From NCBI RefSeq assembly GCF_900232105.1, contig NZ_LT934425.1, forward strand, positions 4,290,001 through 4,322,000: a DNA stretch of 32,000 nucleotides, given 5' to 3'. Both the position numbers and the translations under genes were made by a program. The notes under the pieces are model-generated. The model worked only from the letters and a program-made list of their open reading frames with translations. It had not been told where the DNA came from and made no database searches. This document shows positions 1 through 7,917 of the stretch, in pieces; position 1 is the first letter of the stretch, and each line of letters begins with the position of its first letter. The DNA is from Candidatus Kuenenia stuttgartensis (GTDB taxonomy: Bacteria; Planctomycetota; Brocadiia; Brocadiales; Brocadiaceae).

Positions 1-1119
1 AAACAAAAGCGATACGATCTCAGGCAGGTCGGGTTGGCGATGGTCGTTACACGTAACGACATGATACCGTTGTTTCACCATACCTATCAGGGGAACATGG
101 CGGATGCAAAGGTGTTCAGCGCGGTTCTTGAGACGATAAAAGACAGGATGACCGGATTAGGTTTCGACAGCAAAAAGCACACTATTGTTTTTGATCGTGG
201 AAACAATTCCATGGACAATATGGCTATTGTAGAGAGATTGGCATTGCATTACGTTGGAGCGCTTACACCGTATCATCACAAGCAGTTGGTAGGGGATGCC
301 ATGTGTAATTTCAGGGAATATGACGTTGACGGCAGTAAGATACAGGTGTACCATGACAAACGGGTTATTTGGGGGCAGGAAAGAACCGTTGTCGTATTTA
401 TTTCCGAGAAATTAAAGGTTGGGCAATTAAGGGGAATGTCTCAGTCTCTGGAAAAGGCAGAACATCAGTTAAAGCTCTTACAGCAGCATCTGTGTAATCC
501 AAAGGGAAAGATGCGGGACAAAGAGGGTCTGGAGGATACGATAAGAAGTGTAGTGAAATGTCAATTTGCGAAGGATGTTATCGATTGGTCGTTAAAAGAG
601 GTATCTGAAGGCAAGTTTCAATTGAATTTTTCAATCGACCAGAAAAAGCTCGAAGAAATAGAAGGGGAACTGGGGTTCAGGATTCTTATGACAGACCATC
701 ACGATTGGGATACCGCGGACATTATAAAAGCCTACTATGGGCAATCAAAAATTGAACATGCCTTTAGAAATCTCAAGAACCCCTATCACCTTGCTTTAAA
801 ACCGCAATTTCACTGGACGGATCAGAAAATCAGGGTGCATTTTTTTATTTGCGTCCTCGGATACCTAATGGCGGCGATTGTGTGGTATCAGGCAAAAGCG
901 CACGCACAATTTAGTGGAACGTTAGATACCCTGTTAGACACCCTTAATAATATAAGGCTTTCTGCTATGCTTGAAGAAACAAAGGCCAGAGGGAGAGTTA
1001 AGGCTACCTACAAATTGGAAGAAATGTCCGACAAGGAATCTCTGTTGATGAATGCGTTAGGCATTATGGATTTCCACAAACATCGGCTGAAACTTCAAGG
1101 ACTCAGTGTATACAATTGA
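1..1119 (+). CDS. IS1634-family (IS4 superfamily) DDE transposase, C-terminal part; the N-terminus lies upstream of the window
   Basis: Frame 1 is open from base 1 (KQKRYDLRQVGLAMVV...), so the listed ATG at 34 is internal. Motifs typical of IS1634/IS4 transposases: IVFDRGNNS (DDE Asp), GFRILMTD, YYGQSKIEHAFRNLKN (DDE Glu region), FHWTDQKIRVHFFICVLGY. Confidence 0.75.
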   Translation, partial: KQKRYDLRQVGLAMVVTRNDMIPLFHHTYQGNMADAKVFSAVLETIKDRMTGLGFDSKKHTIVFDRGNNSMDNMAIVERLALHYVGALTPYHHKQLVGDAMCNFREYDVDGSKIQVYHDKRVIWGQERTVVVFISEKLKVGQLRGMSQSLEKAEHQLKLLQQHLCNPKGKMRDKEGLEDTIRSVVKCQFAKDVIDWSLKEVSEGKFQLNFSIDQKKLEEIEGELGFRILMTDHHDWDTADIIKAYYGQSKIEHAFRNLKNPYHLALKPQFHWTDQKIRVHFFICVLGYLMAAIVWYQAKAHAQFSGTLDTLLDTLNNIRLSAMLEETKARGRVKATYKLEEMSDKESLLMNALGIMDFHKHRLKLQGLSVYN

Positions 1120-1684
1120 TGTTGTGCTTAACGCATTGACTGTATTTATGTTACGTTGCTTCATGCCTTATTTTGTGATAAACTCACGCTAGGGGGAATA
1201 TCATTTCCCAATACCGGGCATTATATTTTAATGTCGCCTTTTTTATAATATGTCGCCATACACTCCAAATAATTATTAGTGGTATCCACTAGTCGCTGGT
1301 TTGCCATTTAACCTCTGCTTTTAATTGCTTTATAAATTCAGGAATATTTACATTTACCAATGGAGTACCCATTTTTCGTGTTCCTTCTGGTCTTAAGTCT
1401 GTAGATTCATTATTTTCTATTTCCATGAATATGTATTTACCTAAATCCAGCAAACAAGGCAAAGCCTTGTTGCAGGAATAGGATTGAAATGGTAGAATTT
1501 TCGAAGTATTCAGCGGTATATTGATAACAAAATACAGAAGAAAGGAGATTAGCCATTTCGATGTGGAATATAACAAAAGCCGACAACAAAATACAACCTA
1601 AAATCACCACAGAGATGAATGGGAAAGGATTAACAGTAAATGCAAGGCTTTTACCGGTATTAAATTTTATGGGTAAATAAATGT

Positions 1685-1948
1685 ATGGCATACATGAAGA
1701 AGGGAGTAAGGGAGGTATTTCGCGGAGACAGTAGTTTTTTTGCCGGTGAATTGCTTGAATACCTTGAGTCAGTGCAGGCAGGATATTTGATTTTGGAAGT
1801 AAAGACGATGCGGTTGTGGTTAGTCATTATGGCAGGAAAATTGGTGGAGAGAAGCAGGCAATTGACATTAAAATTGCCGGAGAAATTTCTGCATAATGAA
1901 GAATGGAAAAAGTGGGAACGCATGTCGCTGGAAGTAGTGTTTCCATAG
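1685..1948 (+). pseudogene. IS1380-like transposase remnant with a heavy internal deletion
   Basis: The 87-aa ORF has FRGDSSFFAGELLEYLES..GYLI followed directly by AGKLVERSRQLTLKLPE...EW.KWERM. As I recall the family, these resemble the second-Asp region and the extreme C-terminus of IS1380 transposases. It is far too short to be functional. Confidence 0.35.
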
Positions 1949-2159
1949 AAAATAAATCTTGTTTTTCGTTTTTTTGATTTTCTAAGAGCTGTAAGGATAC
2001 CGCAGATAGGGACAGTATCGCCACATTCTGATTTTATAGCTTCCGGATGAATGATTCGGGCTAATCTTTATGTCTTTTTGTTTAAAGTAGCACAACTCAG
2101 CTACCACAATTGCTAAAAAACAGAGGTTTGTTATATGTTTTTTGCCAATTTTGGTATTG

Positions 2160-2190
2160 GAAAATACCGATTTTCATACTACGAAAATCG
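2160..2190 (-). terminator. Candidate rho-independent terminator of the DUF2945 gene
   Basis: On the minus strand, 10 nt after the stop codon: CGATTTTC-gtagtat-GAAAATCG (8-bp stem; plus-strand arms 2168-2175 and 2183-2190), followed by GTATTTTCC. Confidence 0.4.
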
Positions 2191-2200
2191 TTTGCGGAAT

Positions 2201-2419
2201 TTAGGATTTACTCAATTTCGTAAGTGCTTTTCCTTTATGCACTGCAATATGGTCAGTCTTATCGCTTTGGATGGCATATTGGGGGTCTTCTTTGGAGGCG
2301 TGATGTGTGTAGCCCTTGTAATCAAAATCGGTGGTATGTATTTTTATAATCTTGCCTGATACATATCCGGCTTCAGAATTCCATTTTACATGGTCGCCTA
2401 TTTTAAATGAGTGTTCCAT
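2201..2419 (-). CDS. DUF2945 (HVA/Tudor-like) family small protein
   Basis: 72-aa ORF, ATG start. The sequence GDHVKWNSEAGYVSGKIIKIHTTDFDYKGYTHHASKEDPQYAIQSDKTDHIAVHKGKALTKL matches the DUF2945 family pattern as I recall it. Confidence 0.8.
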   Translation of the reverse strand: MEHSFKIGDHVKWNSEAGYVSGKIIKIHTTDFDYKGYTHHASKEDPQYAIQSDKTDHIAVHKGKALTKLSKS

Positions 2420-2448
2420 TTTCTACATATCTTAATTGTTTGACTATT

Positions 2449-2657
2449 TGCCAATAAATCAAAGTATTCGTCATCTTCATTTTTGCCTCCATAGCCTTTG
2501 CCAACCGTTTCATGTTTTTCCTCAAATTCAATTCATTCAATCCATTTTACCGTTTTATAACCTAACTGATTTTCTACACGCAGTCTTAAAGGGGCGCCAT
2601 ATACTACAGAGAGCGGTCCATGATTCATTTCCCAAGCCAGATGGATGGTTGAGATGA
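2449..2657 (-). pseudogene. Truncated paralog fragment: C-terminal ~65 codons of a molybdopterin oxidoreductase like the gene at 21933-23603
   Basis: Bases 2462-2640 align without gaps to 21955-22133, roughly 85% identical by eye. The minus-strand translation ISTIHLAWEMNHGPLSVVYGAPLRLRVENQLGYKTVKWIE*IEFEEKHETVGKGYGGKNEDDEYFDLLAN parallels ...ILAWEMNYELLSEVHGAPLRLRVENQLGYKMVKWIERIEFVETYKTIGKGYGGKNEDDEYFDLIANV. It has an in-frame TGA where the intact copy has CGA (Arg). No upstream part of the gene is present. Confidence 0.8.
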
Positions 2658-2787
2658 GATGATAGGAAATTGCTTTTTTCTATCAGGCAGTCAGCTTAGC
2701 AAAAACAAAGAAAATTGCAAGTTTTTTTATTTTATCGACCCTACTGAACATCAAAGGAAAGAGAAATAAGAGAATAAGGCGGCGGGA

Positions 2788-2804
2788 GTCAAACCTTGAT
2801 TAGT
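2788..2804. repeat. Left arm of the inverted repeat bounding the Y1-transposase unit
   Basis: GTCAAACCTTGATTAGT matches the reverse complement of 3772-3788 (ACTAATCAAGGTCTGAC) at 16/17. Similarity extends a few bases outward (GG.GTCA.ACCTTGATTAGT.AT). Confidence 0.7.
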
Positions 2805-3308
2805 TATTAAACACTTAACAATAAAAGACAGTTTATGTTGCCTTGTCTTTGATGACAAGACAATGGCGTATAGCATTAAAGGAGCTTATTATCACCTCTT
2901 ATCGTGCGCCAATGAGAGAAGAGATATTTTGCGGGACAATGATGATCGTGTTTTATTTCTGAAAACTTTAGGAAATATGTCGGACAGGTTTGAGGTTGAG
3001 GTTTACGCCTATGTTCTTATGGATAATCCTTATCATTTGCTACATGAGAAGATTTTCGTCACGGCCTTATTTTGGGTTCTCAGAAGTTTGCTGACCGTAT
3101 AAAGTCCAAATATTTGTCAGAGAATCCTGATGTTGAAATTCCTCAAAAACGGCAAGTATCAAGAGATACCGATCCTGAAAACATTCTAAAGAAAGCTGCA
3201 AAGATTTTAAAATGCGATACAGACGTTTTTTTATACTCCTTTAGGATAAGTGATTCAAATAAACTAAATCGTGATTTATTAATCTATCTTTTATGAAGTA
3301 CAGGTTGG

Positions 3309-3642
3309 CAGTACCTTTTAGTAGGGTGCCTTCCCGATTTTTTGTAAAAAAGAAAGCTGTTGGCGGATATTTTACTTGAATATGTATAAATTCATGAAGA
3401 GAGCATAGAGCATTCAAAATTCTTGTAACATTCTGGTTTTTTGAAAAGATCCAATAAAATCAAGGATTTCTGGTTTTATTGAGTAAGGAGTTTTTTTGTA
3501 TTAAAACACATCCCTAAATTCCCTCTATCAGGAGAGCACTTTTTATCTCCCATCTAAAAAGAAGGGCCGGGGATGTGTAATGAGTTAGCTTATGGTCATG
3601 AAAAATTGCTGCTAAAATTTACAAAAAATCGGGAACGCTCCT
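3309..3642. mobile_element. MITE-like non-coding insertion inside the Y1-transposase pseudogene
   Basis: GGTTGG occurs on both sides (3303-3308 and 3643-3648). Removing 3309-3648 joins ...STGW to YDNQKVGDLLGLGYSSISRRV in one frame. A perfect 18-bp inverted repeat TTCCCGATTTTTTGTAAA lies at 3331-3348 and 3618-3635. There is no ORF inside. Confidence 0.45.
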
Positions 3643-3771
3643 GGTTGGTATGATAACCAGAAAGTCGGTGATTTGCTTGGTCTTGGTTATTCATCAATAA
3701 GTCGACGGGTAACTATTATGGAATCAACTATTTCGAAAGATGATGACATTAATGAAAGATTAACAAGGATT

Positions 3772-3788
3772 ACTAATCAAGGTCTGAC
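3772..3788. repeat. Right arm of the inverted repeat bounding the Y1-transposase unit (lies within the pseudogene's 3-prime coding tail)
   Basis: See 2788-2804. This arm encodes ...TNQGLTP at the C-terminus. Confidence 0.7.
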
Positions 3789-3854
3789 CCCATATTCATA
3801 TTTGTCAAAGGCGTGATGTAGCTCCTACAGGAGAAAATTACTCTCCATGAAAAC

Positions 3855-5372
3855 TCAAACCGTAGGTTTCAAACGCAGACCTTTTGGCACAAAAAATCTC
3901 TCCAAAGCCTCAAAACCACCTTGTACTATCAGAGCAAGTACGGCTGCCGGTACCGCCCCCTGTAGGATGAGTGAAATATTATCTAATCGAATACCGGTAA
4001 GAATTAATTGCCCATAACCACCGGCGCCTATAAGTGCACCTAATGTTGCCGTTCCCACATTAATCACAGCTGACGTCTTAATGCCTGCTAAAATAGATCG
4101 CGACGCCATTGGCAATTCCACCAACCTAAGCCGCGCTCCCGGTGGAAGCCCAAGTGCCTCTGCAGATTCTCGAATATGTGAAGGAATATCATGAAGACCT
4201 GTGTATGTATTCCGTACAATTGGCAGGAGACTATAGAGAAAAAGTGCCGTAATGGCCGGAGGTCCGCCAATACCCAGTAACGGAATCATAAAGACAAGAA
4301 GGGCCAGTGACGGAATGGTCTGGAGAACACCAACAATAGCAAGGATAATTTGTCCCAATGTTGTTCGCTTCGCAGAGACAATACCCAGTGGTATTGAAGT
4401 TAAAATGGCTGCTGATAACGAAATTGTGACCAAATAAAGATGTTCTGTGGTAAGGCGTAATAGGCGGCTAATAGCAGTTTCCTCATAAGATTCAGTTTCC
4501 AGAGATAAACTTTCCGATAAGAAGTCTGCAGCTATCCGATTTTCCGGTATCATTTCCATATTGGCACGAAAATTCATTTTGACCATTTCTAATCTAGAAA
4601 TTTTATTTTCGATCTTTTTTAGAACAGTAACAACATGCGGAGCGCGTTCTTCTAAATCAGACCGATACAGGATTACGGCATTGTAAGCGGGAAAATGATT
4701 CATGTCGTCCTCTAATAAACGCAGATTATAATACCGGATTTTGGCGTCTGTTGAATAGGTATCAATCGCCTGAATAATGCCTTTTTCCAAGCCACGGTAG
4801 GCAAGATCATGATCCAAGCCTCTTACATTTTGCTGAGGTAGGTTGTAATGCCTGCGCAGGATTGGCCATCCGTCGCCCCTGTCCATGAACTCATTTCCAA
4901 AACCAAATTTCAAATCAGGGTGGCGTTGCAAGTCTGAGATCTTTCGAATTTTTAATTTTTCTGCAACTTCTTCCTTCATTCCGATAGCGTAGGTATTGTT
5001 AAAACCTAATGCATCTGTCATCTTAATCCCACGTTTGATTAAGGCTTGCCGGATCTCCTCCTCACTGCGTACTTCCTCACCTGCCAGAATTTCTTCACTA
5101 ATCGTACCTGTATATTCAGGGTAAATATCAATTTCACATTTTAATAAAGCATTCCACAATACACGTGTGCCTCCCAGTTCTCGCAGGTAAATGGGCTGTT
5201 CTCCGGTACTTTTTAACAGATGATTCACTATCTCTCCCAATATTACAGATTCAGTGAACTTTTTTGAGCCAATTTTGATCTTAGGAGTGGAACTATATGC
5301 TGTAAGTGGAAAGAGATATGCAAAGACAGCGTTGCATAAAAACAAGTATATGACAAAAAAGTATGTTTTCAT
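3855..5372 (-). CDS. Osmoprotectant (glycine betaine/choline-type) ABC transporter, fused substrate-binding domain (N-terminal) and permease (C-terminal)
   Basis: The N-terminus has a signal/anchor helix, then OpuAC-type SBP motifs (KIKIGSKKFTESVILGEI, LGGTRVLWNALLKCEIDIYPEYTGT). The C-terminus is a 5-6 TM permease with an EAA-loop-like ESAEALGLPPGARLRLVELP. I place the start at the ATG at 5372-5370 (MKTYFF...), which overlaps the ATPase stop as TAATG, rather than at the longer ORF start at 5426. Confidence 0.88.
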   Translation of the reverse strand: MKTYFFVIYLFLCNAVFAYLFPLTAYSSTPKIKIGSKKFTESVILGEIVNHLLKSTGEQPIYLRELGGTRVLWNALLKCEIDIYPEYTGTISEEILAGEEVRSEEEIRQALIKRGIKMTDALGFNNTYAIGMKEEVAEKLKIRKISDLQRHPDLKFGFGNEFMDRGDGWPILRRHYNLPQQNVRGLDHDLAYRGLEKGIIQAIDTYSTDAKIRYYNLRLLEDDMNHFPAYNAVILYRSDLEERAPHVVTVLKKIENKISRLEMVKMNFRANMEMIPENRIAADFLSESLSLETESYEETAISRLLRLTTEHLYLVTISLSAAILTSIPLGIVSAKRTTLGQIILAIVGVLQTIPSLALLVFMIPLLGIGGPPAITALFLYSLLPIVRNTYTGLHDIPSHIRESAEALGLPPGARLRLVELPMASRSILAGIKTSAVINVGTATLGALIGAGGYGQLILTGIRLDNISLILQGAVPAAVLALIVQGGFEALERFFVPKGLRLKPTV

Positions 5373-6121
5373 TAGAAGTCCTTTCTCATAACTTCCAAAG
5401 GACTTCGCTGAGCATTTATAAAGCAAGTAACAAATGAATCGGCCGGTGATTGTACGAGATCTTCGAGTGTGCCTTTCTGTAAAATTTTTCCATCCCGTAG
5501 TAAGGTAATAACATTGCCGAAAAATCCGGCTTCTGCTATATCATGAGTTACCAGAACAACTGTTTTACCAAGTGCCTGGAAGATCCTTTTCAAATCAACC
5601 TGCAGATCGGCCCGTATCATCGGATCAAGGGCGCCAAGGGGTTCATCTAACAGAAGTACGTCAGGGTCCAACATTAGTGCGCGCATCAAGCTCACCCGTT
5701 GCTGTTGGCCACCGGAAAGTTGTACTGGAAAACGATGAAGTCCGTCAGAAGGAAAATGCGTCAGTTCGGTTAGTTCGTTCAATCGTTTTCTTATACGTTC
5801 ATTATCCCATCCCATGTAGCGTGCCATCAATGCTATATTGTCATACGCAGTAAGGTGCGGAAAAAGGCCTCCCCCCTGGATAACGTAACCCATCTTTCTT
5901 CTTAAGGTAATCACAACCTCAGGAATAATTTTAGTTTCCTCAAAATATATAGATCCGCTATCCGCTTGTAAAAGGCCTATGATCAGCCGAAGTATTGTAG
6001 ATTTTCCACAGCCACTTGGACCAATCAATACAGTTGTTAGGCAGGCCGGAATGGTTAAATCAATGGATTTTAGCGCTCTGGTTTGACCAAAAATTTTTGA
6101 AACATTCTGCATTTTAATCAT
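5372..6121 (-). CDS. ABC transporter ATP-binding protein (osmoprotectant-uptake type, no CBS tail)
   Basis: Walker A GPSGCGKST, Q-loop, signature LSGGQQQRV, Walker B LLLDEPLGALD, H-loop VTHD. Translationally coupled to the downstream SBP-permease gene. Confidence 0.92.
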   Translation of the reverse strand: MIKMQNVSKIFGQTRALKSIDLTIPACLTTVLIGPSGCGKSTILRLIIGLLQADSGSIYFEETKIIPEVVITLRRKMGYVIQGGGLFPHLTAYDNIALMARYMGWDNERIRKRLNELTELTHFPSDGLHRFPVQLSGGQQQRVSLMRALMLDPDVLLLDEPLGALDPMIRADLQVDLKRIFQALGKTVVLVTHDIAEAGFFGNVITLLRDGKILQKGTLEDLVQSPADSFVTCFINAQRSPLEVMRKDF

Positions 6122-6140
6122 AAATAAATGCTCATGTGAT

Positions 6141-6414
6141 CATTGCTTTGTTAAAAATCAACTGAACTCACAACGAAGTCTTTGTCTTATTGCATGGACT
6201 CTCACCTATTTGATCAAACAAAATGCTTGTCTTACGAAAATCCTTGAAACGAAACCTACTATCTTCAACGAAATCAAACAGGCAGCCACTCCTTACTCGA
6301 ATTTGCCTCTACCAACGCCTTATCAAAGAACGAAAAACTCGCCAATGACTATTTTAAAATTAAATCCAACCGACTTAAAAAGAAATTGATCGTTTAATTT
6401 TTAACAAAGTAATG
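6141..6414. repeat. 20-nt imperfect inverted repeat pair enclosing ~235 bp of the ABC-operon leader
   Basis: CATTGCTTTGTTAAAAATCA (6141-6160) matches the reverse complement of TAATTTTTAACAAAGTAATG (6395-6414) at 18/20. Confidence 0.6.
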
Positions 6415-6428
6415 CTATTTATTCATCC

Positions 6429-6456
6429 AACAAAATACCCTTGTGGATATTTTGTT
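6429..6456 (-). terminator. Candidate weak terminator hairpin immediately after nuoN
   Basis: AACAAAATA-N10-TATTTTGTT (9-bp AT-rich stem) starts 4 nt after the nuoN stop. It lacks a clean U-tract, so confidence is low. Confidence 0.3.
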
Positions 6457-6459
6457 ACG

Positions 6460-7917
6460 TTAAATTCCTGAACCTAATTTAATATTTATAATTGACTGAA
6501 TGGCGGTAATCAATGCTGAAGGAAATATTCCGTACCAGATTAACAATACGGTCAGAATTGTTAATGCAATTCCGCCGCTCAATGGAAAAGAAATTTTTAT
6601 CTTTAAAGACTTATCATATGATTCAACAACTTGTCTGTACATAGCGGTAATTATTCTTAAGTAATAGTATAATCCTACAGCACTGCTGACAACAAGCACG
6701 ATCACCAAAAACCAGAGCGATGAATTAATTCCCGCCGCCAGTACATAATATTTACTAATAAAACCAATCGTGAGTGGAATTCCCGCTAAAGAAAAAAGCA
6801 TCACAGTAAAAACTGCAGCAATTACAGGATGCGACCAGAACAATCCTTCATATTCCTTAATGTCTTCTGCTTCATGATCTTTAACAGACAGTACCGTAAC
6901 AACTCCGAATGCACCCAGGGTAGTAATAAAGTACGCAACCAAATAAAATGTAACAGCCTGAATTCCTAAACTTCCGGTGGCTAAAAACGCAACAAGCACG
7001 TAACCAAGATGTGCGATAGATGAATACGCCAAAATTCGTTTTATATTATTTTGCCGGATTGCCAAAAGGTTGCCTATCAACATAGATGCAGCAGCTATTA
7101 TTGTGAATGTTAAGATCAGAGAAGGATATTGATGTACGTTTATCTCAACGAAAAGACGCAACATCAATGCAAACATACCACCCTTAGAAACAGTTGCAAT
7201 AAATGCCGTAACAGGTGCGGGTGCACCCTGGTAAACATCCGGCGTCCAGAGATGAAATGGTACTAATGCCAATTTGAAACCGACGCCGATTATGATCATT
7301 GAAAAACCGGTGACCGCTAATATCAAATTGGTATCGGGTGAAGAAATTCTACTTGTAAATTGATTGAAAGCCATTGTTCCTAATCCGCTGTAAACAAGCG
7401 CCATTCCGAATAGCAAAAATGCTGCAGATGTTGCAGCAAGCACCAGATATTTTATGCCTCCTTCCAATCCATTTTCATTAGTGCGGAAATATGAGATCAG
7501 TACATAAAGAGAAACACTTAAAATTTCCAATCCTAAAAAAAATGAAATAAAATCTATGCTTGCGACAAGCAATGAGGAACCCAATGTAGCAATGAAAAGC
7601 AAAATATAAAATTCTTCCTTATCACCTTCATATTGTTCAAAGTAACCGAATGATAAAAGAGTAACAAGAAAACTTGCCGACAGGATAAGTCCGATGTAAA
7701 AAAAAGAAAATTTATCAAAAATAAATAGTGGTACTATTGTAACCGGAGCCAAATTTGAAACTAAAATTACCGAAATTAAAGCTAATGCGAATGCGACTAA
7801 GCTGAATATATTCACAAACAAATGGCTTCGCTTAACTGAAGCAACAAGCATTATTATTATAGGTGCGGCTGCAACTATAATTAAGGGTAATATTGATTGA
7901 AACTCAATCGGGGTCAC
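6460..7917 (-). CDS. nuoN: NADH-quinone oxidoreductase subunit N
   Basis: 485-aa polytopic antiporter-like protein with PFHLWTPDVYQGAPAPVTAF. It is the last gene of the nuo cluster. Its GTG start overlaps the nuoM 3-prime end by 14 nt. Confidence 0.93.
   Translation of the reverse strand: MTPIEFQSILPLIIVAAAPIIIMLVASVKRSHLFVNIFSLVAFALALISVILVSNLAPVTIVPLFIFDKFSFFYIGLILSASFLVTLLSFGYFEQYEGDKEEFYILLFIATLGSSLLVASIDFISFFLGLEILSVSLYVLISYFRTNENGLEGGIKYLVLAATSAAFLLFGMALVYSGLGTMAFNQFTSRISSPDTNLILAVTGFSMIIIGVGFKLALVPFHLWTPDVYQGAPAPVTAFIATVSKGGMFALMLRLFVEINVHQYPSLILTFTIIAAASMLIGNLLAIRQNNIKRILAYSSIAHLGYVLVAFLATGSLGIQAVTFYLVAYFITTLGAFGVVTVLSVKDHEAEDIKEYEGLFWSHPVIAAVFTVMLFSLAGIPLTIGFISKYYVLAAGINSSLWFLVIVLVVSSAVGLYYYLRIITAMYRQVVESYDKSLKIKISFPLSGGIALTILTVLLIWYGIFPSALITAIQSIINIKLGSGI

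Larger units (their letters stand above)
2863..3816 (+). pseudogene. Decayed Y1 (HUH) transposase of the IS200/RAYT-like family with a DnaA_C-like HTH tail
   Basis: The N-terminus GAYYHLLSCANERRDILRDNDDRVLFLKTLGNMSDRFEVEVYAYVLMDNPYHLL matches the family pattern GA.YHV.SRGNER.DIF.DD.DR..FL...........YCLM.NHYHLL, with the first His of the HUH motif replaced by Pro. The catalytic-Tyr core is missing (deletion joint near 3045-3070). A shifted frame continues ILGSQKFADRIKSKYL...NRDLLIYLL, then a TGA stop and a 334-bp insert. The HTH tail then resumes at 3643 (GWYDNQKVGDLLGLGYSSISRRV...ITNQGLTP..., stop at 3814-3816). Confidence 0.7.

Noticed and set aside
1289-1691. Two overlapping minus-strand ORFs (95 and 84 aa) downstream of the first transposase
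   Set aside because: They occupy mutually exclusive frames and match no family I recognise. The region lies between IS debris and is probably decayed sequence. The tail MEIENNESTDLRPEGTRKMGTPLVNVNIPEFIKQLKAE could be a small-protein remnant, but I cannot support a call.
2135-2359. 74-aa plus-strand ORF
   Set aside because: It is antisense to the well-supported DUF2945 gene, and its start lies within that gene's terminator region.
5373-5426. Longer N-terminal extension of the SBP-permease ORF (start at 5426)
   Set aside because: The extension lies entirely inside the ATPase coding region. The ATG at 5372 gives a normal signal/anchor N-terminus and a TAATG coupling junction.
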